Source of the DNA: a virus | Taxonomy: Duplodnaviria; Heunggongvirae; Uroviricota; Caudoviricetes | Reading direction: 5' to 3' (one strand) | Length of the DNA: 64,000 bases | Virus record (IMG/VR): IMGVR_UViG_2974644367_000001 | Location: 10,237-74,236 of that record | In this document: positions 10,391-20,012 of the stretch, piece by piece | Position numbering within the stretch: position 1 is the stretch's first letter | Layout of the letters: every line of letters begins with the position of its first letter | Program-made: the position numbers and the translations under genes | Notes under the pieces: model-generated | The model's input: the letters and a program-made list of their open reading frames with translations, nothing else | The model's database searches: none | What the model was told of the DNA's origin: nothing

Positions 10391-10620
10391 AATGCCCTCA
10401 GACTGAAGCCGCTGTAGATGAAGGGTACAAACCTGATGAGGCGACTAAGTTCGCCTTATATCTTTATGGTAATGACGACTGTAAAGAGACCTACAGCGAA
10501 CTCTTGGAAATGGCGTTCGTTGATGCGTGTGACCTGAGAGAATTCCTCGAAGTGAAATCTTCTTACAAAGAAGAACAAGCCTATTATGAATACGTCAGAA
10601 GTAAAAACAAATCTCCGAGG
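9980..10620 (+). CDS. Tail assembly chaperone, -1 frameshift extended product (GT-like). The shift is at 10333..10339.
   Basis: The -1 frame is open from 10318 to the TAG at 10621, with no ATG until 10510. It ends 6 nt before the tape measure ATG. A canonical X XXY YYZ heptamer, T TTT TTC, lies in the overlap. Confidence 0.55.
10333..10339 (+). promoter_or_regulatory. Slippery heptanucleotide TTTTTTC for a programmed -1 ribosomal frameshift
   Basis: In the zero frame this reads agT TTT TTC. It lies inside the overlap of the two chaperone reading frames. Confidence 0.55.
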
Positions 10621-10626
10621 TAGTGA

Positions 10627-12846
10627 ATGGCTAAATACACAGTTGATGAATTCGTAATTGAGCTAGGTTTCAATGAGAAGGTCATCAAAGGTTTACAAAG
10701 GGTTGAAAAGACTGCTATGGCAGCAGCAACCCGAATTGAAAACCGCCTCAACAAAGCCGTATCAATCGACGGGAACAAGTCTAAAGCTGGTTTCGATAAG
10801 ATTGTACGAAACGCTCAAACCGCTGCTAACAGTGTTAACAGGGCTTTCTCCAAGAGTATGGATTTTGGGAATGCTGGTAAGGCTTCCGTGAAGGGCGTAG
10901 AAACGGCTGCAAGAGCCTCTGCAAAGCGTATTAAGAAAGAGATGCAGGATGCCTTTAACGTTCGTGGTAATGGGCGTGGAGGCGGTTCTGGAGGCTCTGG
11001 AGGGGGTAGACCTCCGAGAGGTGGTAGCGGTAGTGGTGGAGGTTCTTCTAACTCTGCTGCACGTTCAATTGAAAGAACCTACTCAAACAACTACTATTCT
11101 GGTCTGACACGTAAACTGGAAAGTATGGGTGTTCGTGGTCAGGGTCTTGCTGGTAAGTTCCGTTCAGATATTACAGGTCTTCGTGATGAAGCACTGAAAA
11201 ACCCTGCAACGAACTTAGCAAACTATAACATGCAAGTCAAGGCATCTATCGACGCTATGAAGCGTTGGATTTCTGCTGAGAATGCTGAGGCTAAGGCTCG
11301 TCGTGAACAGACATGGCTTCTGGACAGAGCTAACTCATCACTGACACAATGGATTGGTGGATTCGCTTCACTGTACACGGTGATTGAGGGTATCAAGAAA
11401 GTTGTAGATGCTGGTGTGGCTCGTCAGGGTCAGATGCTTTCTGCACAGGCTGTCTTCAAGGGTCAAGCTGGTGATGCTAAAACGTTCGCTGCTGGTTTCT
11501 CACAGCAGATTGGACAGGGCTTCACAGAGACTATGAAACAGTATACAGGGTTCGCTGCGGGTGCTCAAAACGCACTTGGTTATCAGGGTACACAGGACTT
11601 CTATAAGAACGCTGCAACGTTTGGTCGTATTCGTGGTCTGGATGCTGAACAGTTGAAAGGTATCATGGTTGCGTTCACTCAGATGGCTTCTAAGGGTCGT
11701 GTACAGGCTGAAGAACTTCGTGGACAGTTGGGCGACCGTTTGCCCGGTGCTGAACAGATGTTCGCTGATGCTTTAGGTGTTAACACTCAGCAGCTTGACG
11801 CATTGATGAAAAATGGTAAACTGCTTGCTAAAGATGTCCTTCCACGTGTCTCATTGCAGATGAAGAAGATGTCTGATGAGGTTGGTGGTCTTGACCGTGT
11901 TTCTGAAATGGCGGTTACTGGTATCGGTCGTGTTAACGCTGCTATCGAGAACAACCTTGTAAAAGCCTTTGACGGTGCTGAAGGTGGTCTTGGAAGATTC
12001 ACAAGTTCCCTTGCAAACATGCTTTCAGACTCATCAGCAATCAGTGAAGCGATGGGTGGTATCTTCGGTGAAGTCCTGACAGTCGCTGCTAAGGGTATTG
12101 ACTATGCAGATGAGTGGGTTCGTCATATCTCTGCGGCTCTTCTGAGAGTGTCAGCTTGGTACGATGAATTGGACGATGGACAGAAGAAGCTGATTAAGTC
12201 AGCAGCCGACTTTGCAATTGCTGTTGGTGAAGTTCTTGTGGTTGTCAAGGCTCTTCGCGGTGTAACTGGAATCATCTCAGCAGTTCTTGGTCTCAAGCAA
12301 CTTGCTACAGGTGGAGCAGCAGCCGGAGCGGGTGCAGGAGCGGCAGGGGCTGGCGCAGCAGGTGGTGGCATCATGGCAAGAATCTTAGGATTCGCTAAAG
12401 GTGCTCCAAAGGCAGCAGGGCCGATTGGTTGGGCGCTTATGGCTAAAGCTGGTGTAGATGCTTCTGGCGTTGAACAGTCTTATCCAAACGCTTTAGGTAC
12501 TGGAAATCCAATTGCTCAGGCTCTTAACTGGCTGACAAACCCCTCTAAGGTTCTCGGAACATCTGACCAAGATTCAATCACGAACAGCCCGTTCACTCGT
12601 ATGATGGGTTCACTTGGTGATTGGCTTCAGGGTAACAATGCACTGAGTCCTCAGAATGGTTACAACCCACAGAACATGTTCGCTGTACCAAGTATGTTCA
12701 ACCCTGCACAGCAGACGGTTCAGAACAATCAGCGTATGACGTTCAATATCAACCTTGACAGTCGTAAGATTGGTGAATACCAAACAGATGTTGTTACACA
12801 CAACAACGAAGATGTCAACATTAACACTGAGCACATGGGGGATTAA
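10627..12846 (+). CDS. Tail tape measure protein
   Basis: A 739 aa helical protein with Gly-rich (GGGSGGSGGG) and Ala-Gly-rich tracts. It follows the frameshifted chaperone. Confidence 0.8.
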   Translation: MAKYTVDEFVIELGFNEKVIKGLQRVEKTAMAAATRIENRLNKAVSIDGNKSKAGFDKIVRNAQTAANSVNRAFSKSMDFGNAGKASVKGVETAARASAKRIKKEMQDAFNVRGNGRGGGSGGSGGGRPPRGGSGSGGGSSNSAARSIERTYSNNYYSGLTRKLESMGVRGQGLAGKFRSDITGLRDEALKNPATNLANYNMQVKASIDAMKRWISAENAEAKARREQTWLLDRANSSLTQWIGGFASLYTVIEGIKKVVDAGVARQGQMLSAQAVFKGQAGDAKTFAAGFSQQIGQGFTETMKQYTGFAAGAQNALGYQGTQDFYKNAATFGRIRGLDAEQLKGIMVAFTQMASKGRVQAEELRGQLGDRLPGAEQMFADALGVNTQQLDALMKNGKLLAKDVLPRVSLQMKKMSDEVGGLDRVSEMAVTGIGRVNAAIENNLVKAFDGAEGGLGRFTSSLANMLSDSSAISEAMGGIFGEVLTVAAKGIDYADEWVRHISAALLRVSAWYDELDDGQKKLIKSAADFAIAVGEVLVVVKALRGVTGIISAVLGLKQLATGGAAAGAGAGAAGAGAAGGGIMARILGFAKGAPKAAGPIGWALMAKAGVDASGVEQSYPNALGTGNPIAQALNWLTNPSKVLGTSDQDSITNSPFTRMMGSLGDWLQGNNALSPQNGYNPQNMFAVPSMFNPAQQTVQNNQRMTFNINLDSRKIGEYQTDVVTHNNEDVNINTEHMGD

Positions 12847-12848
12847 CA

Positions 12849-13676
12849 ATGGCTGGTGCTATCACTACAGATAATTCGGCAACGTCTTATAAGTCAGATG
12901 GCACACCTATCTATGATAACGCTACAGGTAAATCGGCTCGTTATGCGAAGAAGGATGGGGTCTATTTTCATATTAAAGATGACCTCAGACTTCTCCTTTA
13001 CCTTACAGCTAACACAGATATTGATATTGACAGTTCGATGAGCGTTACAGTTCAGCCTATGCAGTCAGGTGAGACAATCACAGATAACTATCTGAGAAGT
13101 CCTCGAATTGCCACTATCACAGGTGTTGTCGTTTCAACGGTTGAAGGTACAATTCTGACTCAGACCTACAACAAAAATGCTGAAGCCTTTACAGCGATTG
13201 CTGAACGCTGGAGAGACCAGAAAAGAATCTTAACACTGGTTTGTCCTCATAAGCAAAGACTCCAAAACTGTGTAATCACCAAACTCAGCATGAAGAAGGA
13301 CTCTTCTATTGCCAACGGTTTGAAGATTGTTGCAACTTTCCAAGAAGTCATCTTGAAGACCAACATTGGCAAGACATCAATCAGTGCTTCTGGTAAGAGG
13401 GCTTCCAAGGCTGGTACAGCAGCTAAGAAACAGGTTGGTAACACAGCAACCACAACGGGTTCAAGCCCAAGTGCTTGTCAGGGTCTGAAGACTGCGTATG
13501 ACAATGGACTTGAAAAACTCAATTCAACTCAGAAGAGATTACTGGCAAACTGTATCGACAACAAGTCATTCGGTGTGAAAGGGACTTACTCGAAGACTGA
13601 TGATACGGCTGTATCTGACTATTACAAACGTCATGCTGGAAATCCAAACTCTGAAAAAGGTGTTGGAACAAGATAA
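12849..13676 (+). CDS. Tail protein (Mu gpN/DNA-circulation-like position)
   Basis: Position after the tape measure, as in Mu-like tails. Confidence 0.35.
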   Translation: MAGAITTDNSATSYKSDGTPIYDNATGKSARYAKKDGVYFHIKDDLRLLLYLTANTDIDIDSSMSVTVQPMQSGETITDNYLRSPRIATITGVVVSTVEGTILTQTYNKNAEAFTAIAERWRDQKRILTLVCPHKQRLQNCVITKLSMKKDSSIANGLKIVATFQEVILKTNIGKTSISASGKRASKAGTAAKKQVGNTATTTGSSPSACQGLKTAYDNGLEKLNSTQKRLLANCIDNKSFGVKGTYSKTDDTAVSDYYKRHAGNPNSEKGVGTR

Positions 13677-13999
13677 TGTCAAATTATATTCCCGTACCCG
13701 ATAACGAATGGTCAACACAAACTGTGACCCTTGATAAAATCCCGTTCCTGCTTGAACTCAGATTTAAGAGCCGTCAGGAACGTTGGTATTTGACAATCAA
13801 GGATACTGATGGTAACATTTTAATCAGTGAAGTTAAGTGTGTACCAAATACCACCTTAACAGGCCGTTACGGACTTCCTGAAATCTATGGAGACATCTTC
13901 GTAGAACGTTTTTACGGAAGTTCGGAGTACCCTACCAGAAACAACTTTGGTATTGGTAAAGAGTTCGGTCTCGTCTATCAACCTCTTGATGAACAATAA
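13676..13999 (+). CDS. Small tail or baseplate protein
   Basis: A 107 aa ORF with an overlapping ATGA start in the tail operon. Confidence 0.3.
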   Translation: MSNYIPVPDNEWSTQTVTLDKIPFLLELRFKSRQERWYLTIKDTDGNILISEVKCVPNTTLTGRYGLPEIYGDIFVERFYGSSEYPTRNNFGIGKEFGLVYQPLDEQ

Positions 14000-14008
14000 G
14001 GCTCTGAA

Positions 14009-15091
14009 ATGGCTGAGAAAAATACTTCAGCCTTTCGTGTCTACCAGTTAGCTGTTGGTGCTGAATCAGTTGGATTCAACAATCAACCTACTGGTCATGC
14101 GAAAGACACAGAAAACCTTGTATTCTTTACAGAGTTGCAATTCACAGCCAATATCTCGTATACTGACCAGAAGTCAAAAACTGGTACAGATGACACTACG
14201 ATTGAAATGTACAACCTTGCTCCAGAAATGAGGGCGAGGTTTAAAGCTGTTGGTGCTACTGTAATGATTCGTGCAGGGTACGATGACATTTTCCCACGAA
14301 ATGAAGACACAGGTTTTGTTGAAGTCGATTACGACTCTCTACCTATTGTTTATCTTGGGACAGTGTTGTACAGTTACACTTACAAGAAGGGTGCAGATTT
14401 AATCACAAAATTAATCTGTTCCAATGACAAACTCGAAAGAGCAACCACAAAGACCAGTATTGCGTTCCCTGCTGGAGTTGCTAAAAAGACTGTCATCTCT
14501 AACCTGATGAAGACTCTTGACCTCGCGGTTATTGAATCTGATTTGGCAAACGTGACAGGAATCTACCACAATGGATTTACCGTTTACGGTTCTGTGTCGG
14601 ATGCACTGACAAGAGTTTGTGAAGAGAATGGTTTGAAGTGGTTTGCTTTCAATAAACAGATTCGTGTTATCCCTGCTGAACCTACCGGAAGCGGTGAGGG
14701 TTGGGCTATTGGGGCAAGTAACATCATCGGTTCTGTTGAGGGTTACTACAGAAGAACTAAAAAGGCTCTTAAAACGACTACAACGCCAACAAGCATCGGT
14801 GCAGCATCTGATACTCAGGTTACTGAGTCTTCTGGTTCCGTAGACTTTGCAGCAATGGCATCGGCATCTTCTTCCGGTGGTTCAGGTGGTAAAAGACCTA
14901 AAGTTATCGTGGTGAAGACAGGTGTTCGAATCACTGTGCATCTTGACGGAAGAATCCGTTTGGGTGACACTGTTCAACTTTCTGACTCAATTGACTTTGA
15001 CGGTACTTACCGTGTTAAAGGGATTGCTCACAATCTTGATTACACTGGCGACCGCTGGACAACAGAGTTGGACTTAGAGAAGGTTACTTAA
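14009..15091 (+). CDS. Baseplate hub or tail protein (Mu gpP-like)
   Basis: A 360 aa protein lying before the spike, W and J homologues. Confidence 0.45.
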   Translation: MAEKNTSAFRVYQLAVGAESVGFNNQPTGHAKDTENLVFFTELQFTANISYTDQKSKTGTDDTTIEMYNLAPEMRARFKAVGATVMIRAGYDDIFPRNEDTGFVEVDYDSLPIVYLGTVLYSYTYKKGADLITKLICSNDKLERATTKTSIAFPAGVAKKTVISNLMKTLDLAVIESDLANVTGIYHNGFTVYGSVSDALTRVCEENGLKWFAFNKQIRVIPAEPTGSGEGWAIGASNIIGSVEGYYRRTKKALKTTTTPTSIGAASDTQVTESSGSVDFAAMASASSSGGSGGKRPKVIVVKTGVRITVHLDGRIRLGDTVQLSDSIDFDGTYRVKGIAHNLDYTGDRWTTELDLEKVT

Positions 15092-15735
15092 TGGCTTATG
15101 CAAGTCCTACTTCAAGGCTTGCGAACGTTATTTCCGGCTATCTGGACGAGTTTAAAAAGGAGATGTACACAGCCTTACCCGCTGTCATCGAATTCTATGA
15201 CTCAAAGACTCAAGCCGCTTCTGTAAGACCTCTCATCCAAGTTGATGAGCTTCCTAACCCGCTTATTCATGGTGTGCCTATCCAGTTTCCCTCTGGTGGT
15301 GGTGCATCACTGACTTTCCCTGTTAAAGCTGGCGACCAATGCTTGCTAATCTTTTCAATGCTCCCAATGGATGCTTGGATGGCAGGTGACGGCTCTATGA
15401 AGAAGGTCAATAACAGACGTTCGCACGACATCACAGATGCCTTCGCTATTGTCGGTATCGGTACAAACTCTAAAAACTTCAACCCCGACCCTGACAAAGT
15501 ACGCCTCCAGTATGGTGAATTAGTTTTCACTTTTGCAGAGGACGGTACAGCCAGATTAGAAGGTAGTCTGCATGTTACCAAAGACATCACCTCTGATGCA
15601 AACATTAGAGCAGAAAAAGAGATGTTCGCAAGTAACATTACAATGCACGACTCAGGTGTAGACTTCAACAGTCACGTTCACCACTATTACTGGACAGATG
15701 GTTCAGGTGAAGCTAACTCTCAAAAGGCACAGTAA
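15091..15735 (+). CDS. Baseplate spike (gpV/Mu gp45-like)
   Basis: A 214 aa protein. The C-terminal SHVHHYYW HxH motif is typical of the iron-binding spike apex. Confidence 0.55.
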   Translation: MAYASPTSRLANVISGYLDEFKKEMYTALPAVIEFYDSKTQAASVRPLIQVDELPNPLIHGVPIQFPSGGGASLTFPVKAGDQCLLIFSMLPMDAWMAGDGSMKKVNNRRSHDITDAFAIVGIGTNSKNFNPDPDKVRLQYGELVFTFAEDGTARLEGSLHVTKDITSDANIRAEKEMFASNITMHDSGVDFNSHVHHYYWTDGSGEANSQKAQ

Positions 15736-16151
15736 TGTCAACAGATTTCAAATTAAATCTCGGTGCTGGTTATATGAGAAAACTTGGTAACGATGTCATC
15801 TATATTGCTCATGGAGACCTTGACATTGACGCTTCAGGGAATATCAAAATTATTCCAGAGGACGATAACGTTACTCAGGTTGCTCAAAAGATTCACATCA
15901 GATGTTACCTTAAACGTGGGGAACTTTTCTTCAACCTTGATGCAGGTTTCCCGTACATTCAAATTTCCAAGTATAAGAACGCAAAGTCAATCTTTGATAA
16001 TTACATGGAAGAATACTTATTAGAAACTGAAGGTGTCGCAAGTCTGACATCTTACAATTCTACACTTGATAACTTTACCAGACAGATTTCTGTACAGTTC
16101 GCTGCTACAACATTGTCTGGTGAAACAGCAGAGGGCGAGGTTAACATTTAA
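15735..16151 (+). CDS. Baseplate wedge protein (gpW/gp25-like)
   Basis: A 138 aa protein lying between the spike and J homologues. Confidence 0.5.
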   Translation: MSTDFKLNLGAGYMRKLGNDVIYIAHGDLDIDASGNIKIIPEDDNVTQVAQKIHIRCYLKRGELFFNLDAGFPYIQISKYKNAKSIFDNYMEEYLLETEGVASLTSYNSTLDNFTRQISVQFAATTLSGETAEGEVNI

Positions 16152-17635
16152 TGGCTGGATTAACAAGTAGAGGTTTGGTATCTTTGAGATACAGTGAGGT
16201 GGTTGACAACATCAGTCAATACCTGTTTCAGAACCTTTCACAGAAACTCAACATTTCTGAAGATAGTGACTTGGGTATTTTACTTGCTGCAATCTGTACA
16301 GAAATTGCCGACCTGTGGGAAGCAACCAGTGCTGTTAACGACTCTACACGAATTGACAAAGCTGAAGGGTTCAGTCTTGATGATTTGGTTGGCCTGAACG
16401 GTATCTATCGTTACATCGCTATGCCAACTTCAGGTGTTGCAGAGTTCACTGGTGATGTGGGTACTGAAGTGCCATCAACAACAACTTTGAGAACCACAAC
16501 AGGTGCTATCTATTATCCGAAAGCAACCTTTACAATTTCTACAACGTCTTGTGTAGAAACCAATGTATCAATCAACAACCTGAGAGCTGGTGAATCTTAT
16601 ATTATCATCATTGATAACGTCGAGTACAGCTACACTGCATTGGCAGGTGACACCAAATTAGTTGTCCTTCAGAAGTTGACAAATCTGATTAATAGTGGTC
16701 TAATTGCTGTTGCTACATTGGATTCGGCTAACCTCAGTATGAATATCGCTAAAGATAAAGGCGACATCAACAAACGTACTCAGTCAATGGTCGTTACTAC
16801 AACAACCTACATGTCATTTGGCAAGACGACTGTGTTGCAATCTGTGGAGTCTGAAGATAATGGTTCTATTGCTGGATTCGCTGAAACTCTTCTTTATATT
16901 GACTCTCCTGTATCGGGTCTGGACTCTGTTTACAACAGATATGACTTTACATTGGGGCGTGGTCGTGAAACAGATGAAGAGCTTCGTGAGAGATACTACG
17001 GGTCACTGACTGTAACGGGTATCGGTACACTTGACGCTATCGTTGCTTCTGTCAAGAAGTTGAGCGGTGTTTCTGCATGTCAAGGTGTCGAGAACGATAC
17101 AGAAGTCATGGACAACGTTACAGGTCTTCCGGCTAAATCTTTCCAAATCGTCGTAGTTGGTGGTAACAACAATGAAGTGGCTCAAGCTATTTGGGACACA
17201 AAACCTGCTGGTATTCGTGCTTTCGGGACAGTTGTTGGTACAGCATACGATGACAATGGTTACGACCACAAAGTGTACTTCTCAAGACCTGACCCACGTT
17301 ACGTGTTCGTTAAAGTCTCTTACTACATCGACTCTGAGGAAACTCTTTCTGTTCAGGAAACAGCCCTTCCAGATGCGATTAAGAGTGCTATCCTGAAATA
17401 TGGTGCTACTCTGTCAGTAGGTGGTGACGTTGTTCCTAACCGTATCTTGCGTTACATCTATGAGAACGTTACAGGTATTGTTGTCGAGTCTATCACGGTA
17501 GCTCTTGCTGTAAACCAGCAGACACCTCCAGCAGCAGGTTCTTACACCTCTGAAAGATTGAAGATTAGCTCAACACAGTACACTGTTTGGGAAACTAACC
17601 AGTTCACTACAACTGCGATGGACGAACCTGATTAA
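16151..17635 (+). CDS. Baseplate J-like protein
   Basis: A 494 aa protein in the canonical position and of the canonical size for gpJ/Mu gp47. Confidence 0.6.
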   Translation: MAGLTSRGLVSLRYSEVVDNISQYLFQNLSQKLNISEDSDLGILLAAICTEIADLWEATSAVNDSTRIDKAEGFSLDDLVGLNGIYRYIAMPTSGVAEFTGDVGTEVPSTTTLRTTTGAIYYPKATFTISTTSCVETNVSINNLRAGESYIIIIDNVEYSYTALAGDTKLVVLQKLTNLINSGLIAVATLDSANLSMNIAKDKGDINKRTQSMVVTTTTYMSFGKTTVLQSVESEDNGSIAGFAETLLYIDSPVSGLDSVYNRYDFTLGRGRETDEELRERYYGSLTVTGIGTLDAIVASVKKLSGVSACQGVENDTEVMDNVTGLPAKSFQIVVVGGNNNEVAQAIWDTKPAGIRAFGTVVGTAYDDNGYDHKVYFSRPDPRYVFVKVSYYIDSEETLSVQETALPDAIKSAILKYGATLSVGGDVVPNRILRYIYENVTGIVVESITVALAVNQQTPPAAGSYTSERLKISSTQYTVWETNQFTTTAMDEPD

Positions 17636-17644
17636 GGTATATAA

Positions 17645-18493
17645 ATGGCTTACGAGAAAATTGAAAGCCTGACGACCAAAGCCCTTGACGACTATACACC
17701 CTCTCAATTTAAAGAGAAGAACGTGTATAGTCAAGTCCTTTCAGCAGTCACCACAGAGCTTCAGAAGGTTGAAGATACTCTGTGGGATATGTATAAAAAG
17801 AAGGGGCTTGATACAGCCGAGGGTATTCAGCTTGACTATATCGGGGCGTTACTAAATGTCCCTCGTCAGGTTGGTTTGTCAGATGCAGCATACCGCTTAG
17901 TAATCTACTCTCAGATTCTTATTCGTCGTGCTGATACAACAGCCGATAGCATCATGAAAGCTATGCAAGCCGTACACTCAGTTGATACTTCCCAATTATG
18001 GGAGCATTACTCTGGAGTGATGACAGGTGGAATCGTGGTTAAAGTTGTAACCAATGACCCTGTTGATGACGCTGCAAGAATTCTGAATAACATTTCAGCG
18101 GCTACAATCGGTTCAGCGGTGATTCTTCGTGATGAGAACAACGGCCTTGCTTGGACTCCTGTTGAGATTCAGTCAGATGAACTTTTCCTGACCGATGAAG
18201 ACGAAAACCGATTCATCACTAACGGTGCTCAAAACATCACTGTAACAACTAAATCTGGCTCAACTGAAGAGAACCTTATCGGGTCTCTGGCTGACGAAGG
18301 TATGAAGCAATACAACCTTGCAGTCGAAGTTGAGAATGATTCGAAGATTGTAACAGGTGATTTTATTGTTCGCAAGAACACTACAGACGGAACCCTGAAG
18401 ATTGAACAACCAGCCGCTTTAGGTGGTATTTACGGTTACTTCGCAGAGGTCAGTCAACTCCGTAGTGGTCAATCAAAAATTGAAGGAACTTAA
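17645..18493 (+). CDS. Baseplate or tail protein I-like (Mu gp48-like)
   Basis: A 282 aa protein after the J-like gene. Confidence 0.45.
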   Translation: MAYEKIESLTTKALDDYTPSQFKEKNVYSQVLSAVTTELQKVEDTLWDMYKKKGLDTAEGIQLDYIGALLNVPRQVGLSDAAYRLVIYSQILIRRADTTADSIMKAMQAVHSVDTSQLWEHYSGVMTGGIVVKVVTNDPVDDAARILNNISAATIGSAVILRDENNGLAWTPVEIQSDELFLTDEDENRFITNGAQNITVTTKSGSTEENLIGSLADEGMKQYNLAVEVENDSKIVTGDFIVRKNTTDGTLKIEQPAALGGIYGYFAEVSQLRSGQSKIEGT

Positions 18494-18495
18494 TA

Positions 18496-18849
18496 ATGGC
18501 AAGACCTAATGATGCAGTGGTCTCATGGGCTACAGCAGACGTTGATAATGAAGGTTCACAGCTTAAAGTTGCACCACCATCTGAGATTCAGGCAAGTGGT
18601 CTTTTAAGAGGTGAGCCGATGGGTAGACAGTGGTTTAACTACGTGTTGAACAACCTGTCACAGTATGTCAAGTATCTTGATGAGTCTGTAAACCCTGCAA
18701 AAGGTGCTTCTACCGCAACACACGAAATCCGTATGAGCGCAGTGCAGCGTACTGATTGGGTTGCAAGAGGTTGGAATTTGATTAAAACAGTAACTGATTC
18801 AACAACCTCAACAGGTTCTATCTATTACTATGAACATACTGGAGCGTAA
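18496..18849 (+). CDS. Small tail fibre-associated protein
   Basis: A 117 aa ORF in the fibre cluster. Confidence 0.3.
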   Translation: MARPNDAVVSWATADVDNEGSQLKVAPPSEIQASGLLRGEPMGRQWFNYVLNNLSQYVKYLDESVNPAKGASTATHEIRMSAVQRTDWVARGWNLIKTVTDSTTSTGSIYYYEHTGA

Positions 18850-18852
18850 TGA

Positions 18853-19926
18853 ATGGCTGAAAGTAACATTCAGATTAACGCCTTGCCACAAGCAACGACA
18901 CCATTATCTGATGCTGACATTTTCCACTGTAAGCAAGGTATCGTTGATAAGCGTGTCTCATTAGCTGACTTACTGTTCCCTCACACAAGCCTGACCAATA
19001 ACCCACACAATGTGACAAAGGCTCAGGTTGGTTTGGGCAATGTAACGAATGATGAACAGCTTGTCAAGGCTCAGAACTTGGGTGATATTCCTAACGTGGA
19101 GATTGCTCAGAGTAACCTTAACGTTTATTCTAAAGAGGCTGTAGATGCTGTTGTCCAGACCCACATCAATAACAAGAACAACCCGCACAACACAACCAAA
19201 GCCCAAGTCGGTTTGGGAAACGTTGAGAACTACACGGTTGCCCTTTCGTACACTGATGCGTCAGCCAACAAGTATGTTACAGCGAAAGTTGTAAACGACC
19301 TGTACAAAATGATTCAGGGTATGTACCCGATTGGTCACAGAATCTATACTGATAACGCTACCAACCCATCTAACTACATCCCTGTTGGTACTTGGGCTTT
19401 AGCTGGGCAGGGGCGTGTGTCAGTTGGTTATGACCCTGCCGTGTCTTCTCGTCCTGCGGGAACGAAGTATGGTTCATCATCTGTGACAATTGATGTAGCT
19501 AACTTGCCAGCACACAGCCACGCAGTTACTGTATCAGGTGCTAACCACAGTCACGGTGCGTCTGGTTCAACAACTGGTGCGGGTGCTCACAACCACGTTG
19601 CTTCTGGTAACACTGGTTACGCCGGAGACCACAACCACACCTACACGACAACTCGTCAGGGTGGGGGGAGTCCCGGAAACCACGTTGGACATGGTTCTAA
19701 TGAAATCCACTACACCAACGAGGCTACAGGTGTCGCGGGTGGACACACCCACTATGTCTCATTGGCAACTAACACTGTTGGCGACCATGCTCACGGATTG
19801 AACATCAACATCAACGCATCAGGCAACCTGTCAATGTCTGGTACAACAAACCCTACAGGTTCTGGTCAGGCTCTGACTATCGAACAGCCCTCAGAAGTTG
19901 TTTACATCTGGAAAAGGGTTTCTTAA
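18853..19926 (+). CDS. Tail fibre protein with a tandem NNPHNxTKAQVGLGNV repeat and a C-terminal HxH-rich tip
   Basis: The motif NNPHNVTKAQVGLGNVTN is followed by a second copy, NNPHNTTKAQVGLGNVEN, as in the phage tail-fibre repeat. The C-terminal third carries at least six H-x-H triplets, HSH, HNH, HNH, HTH, HAH and others, as at the gp37 and gp12 tips. Confidence 0.65.
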   Translation: MAESNIQINALPQATTPLSDADIFHCKQGIVDKRVSLADLLFPHTSLTNNPHNVTKAQVGLGNVTNDEQLVKAQNLGDIPNVEIAQSNLNVYSKEAVDAVVQTHINNKNNPHNTTKAQVGLGNVENYTVALSYTDASANKYVTAKVVNDLYKMIQGMYPIGHRIYTDNATNPSNYIPVGTWALAGQGRVSVGYDPAVSSRPAGTKYGSSSVTIDVANLPAHSHAVTVSGANHSHGASGSTTGAGAHNHVASGNTGYAGDHNHTYTTTRQGGGSPGNHVGHGSNEIHYTNEATGVAGGHTHYVSLATNTVGDHAHGLNININASGNLSMSGTTNPTGSGQALTIEQPSEVVYIWKRVS

Positions 19927-19930
19927 CATA

Positions 19931-19955
19931 GGGACTCTTCGGAGTCCTTTTTATT
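19931..19955 (+). terminator. Intrinsic terminator (GGACTC-UUCG-GAGTCC followed by T5)
   Basis: A perfect 6 bp stem, a UUCG tetraloop and a T-tract. Confidence 0.7.
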
Positions 19956-20012
19956 TGCATTTTTAAGATTGCGTGAGATAATTATTTATTGACCATGCAA
20001 GAGGATTATAAA

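Noticed and set aside
12290-12370. A repetitive GCAGGAGCGGCAGGGGCTGGCGCAGCAGG tract, which could be a repeat or CRISPR-like element.
   Set aside because: It is in frame within the tape measure gene and encodes an Ala/Gly low-complexity linker. It has no spacer-repeat periodicity.
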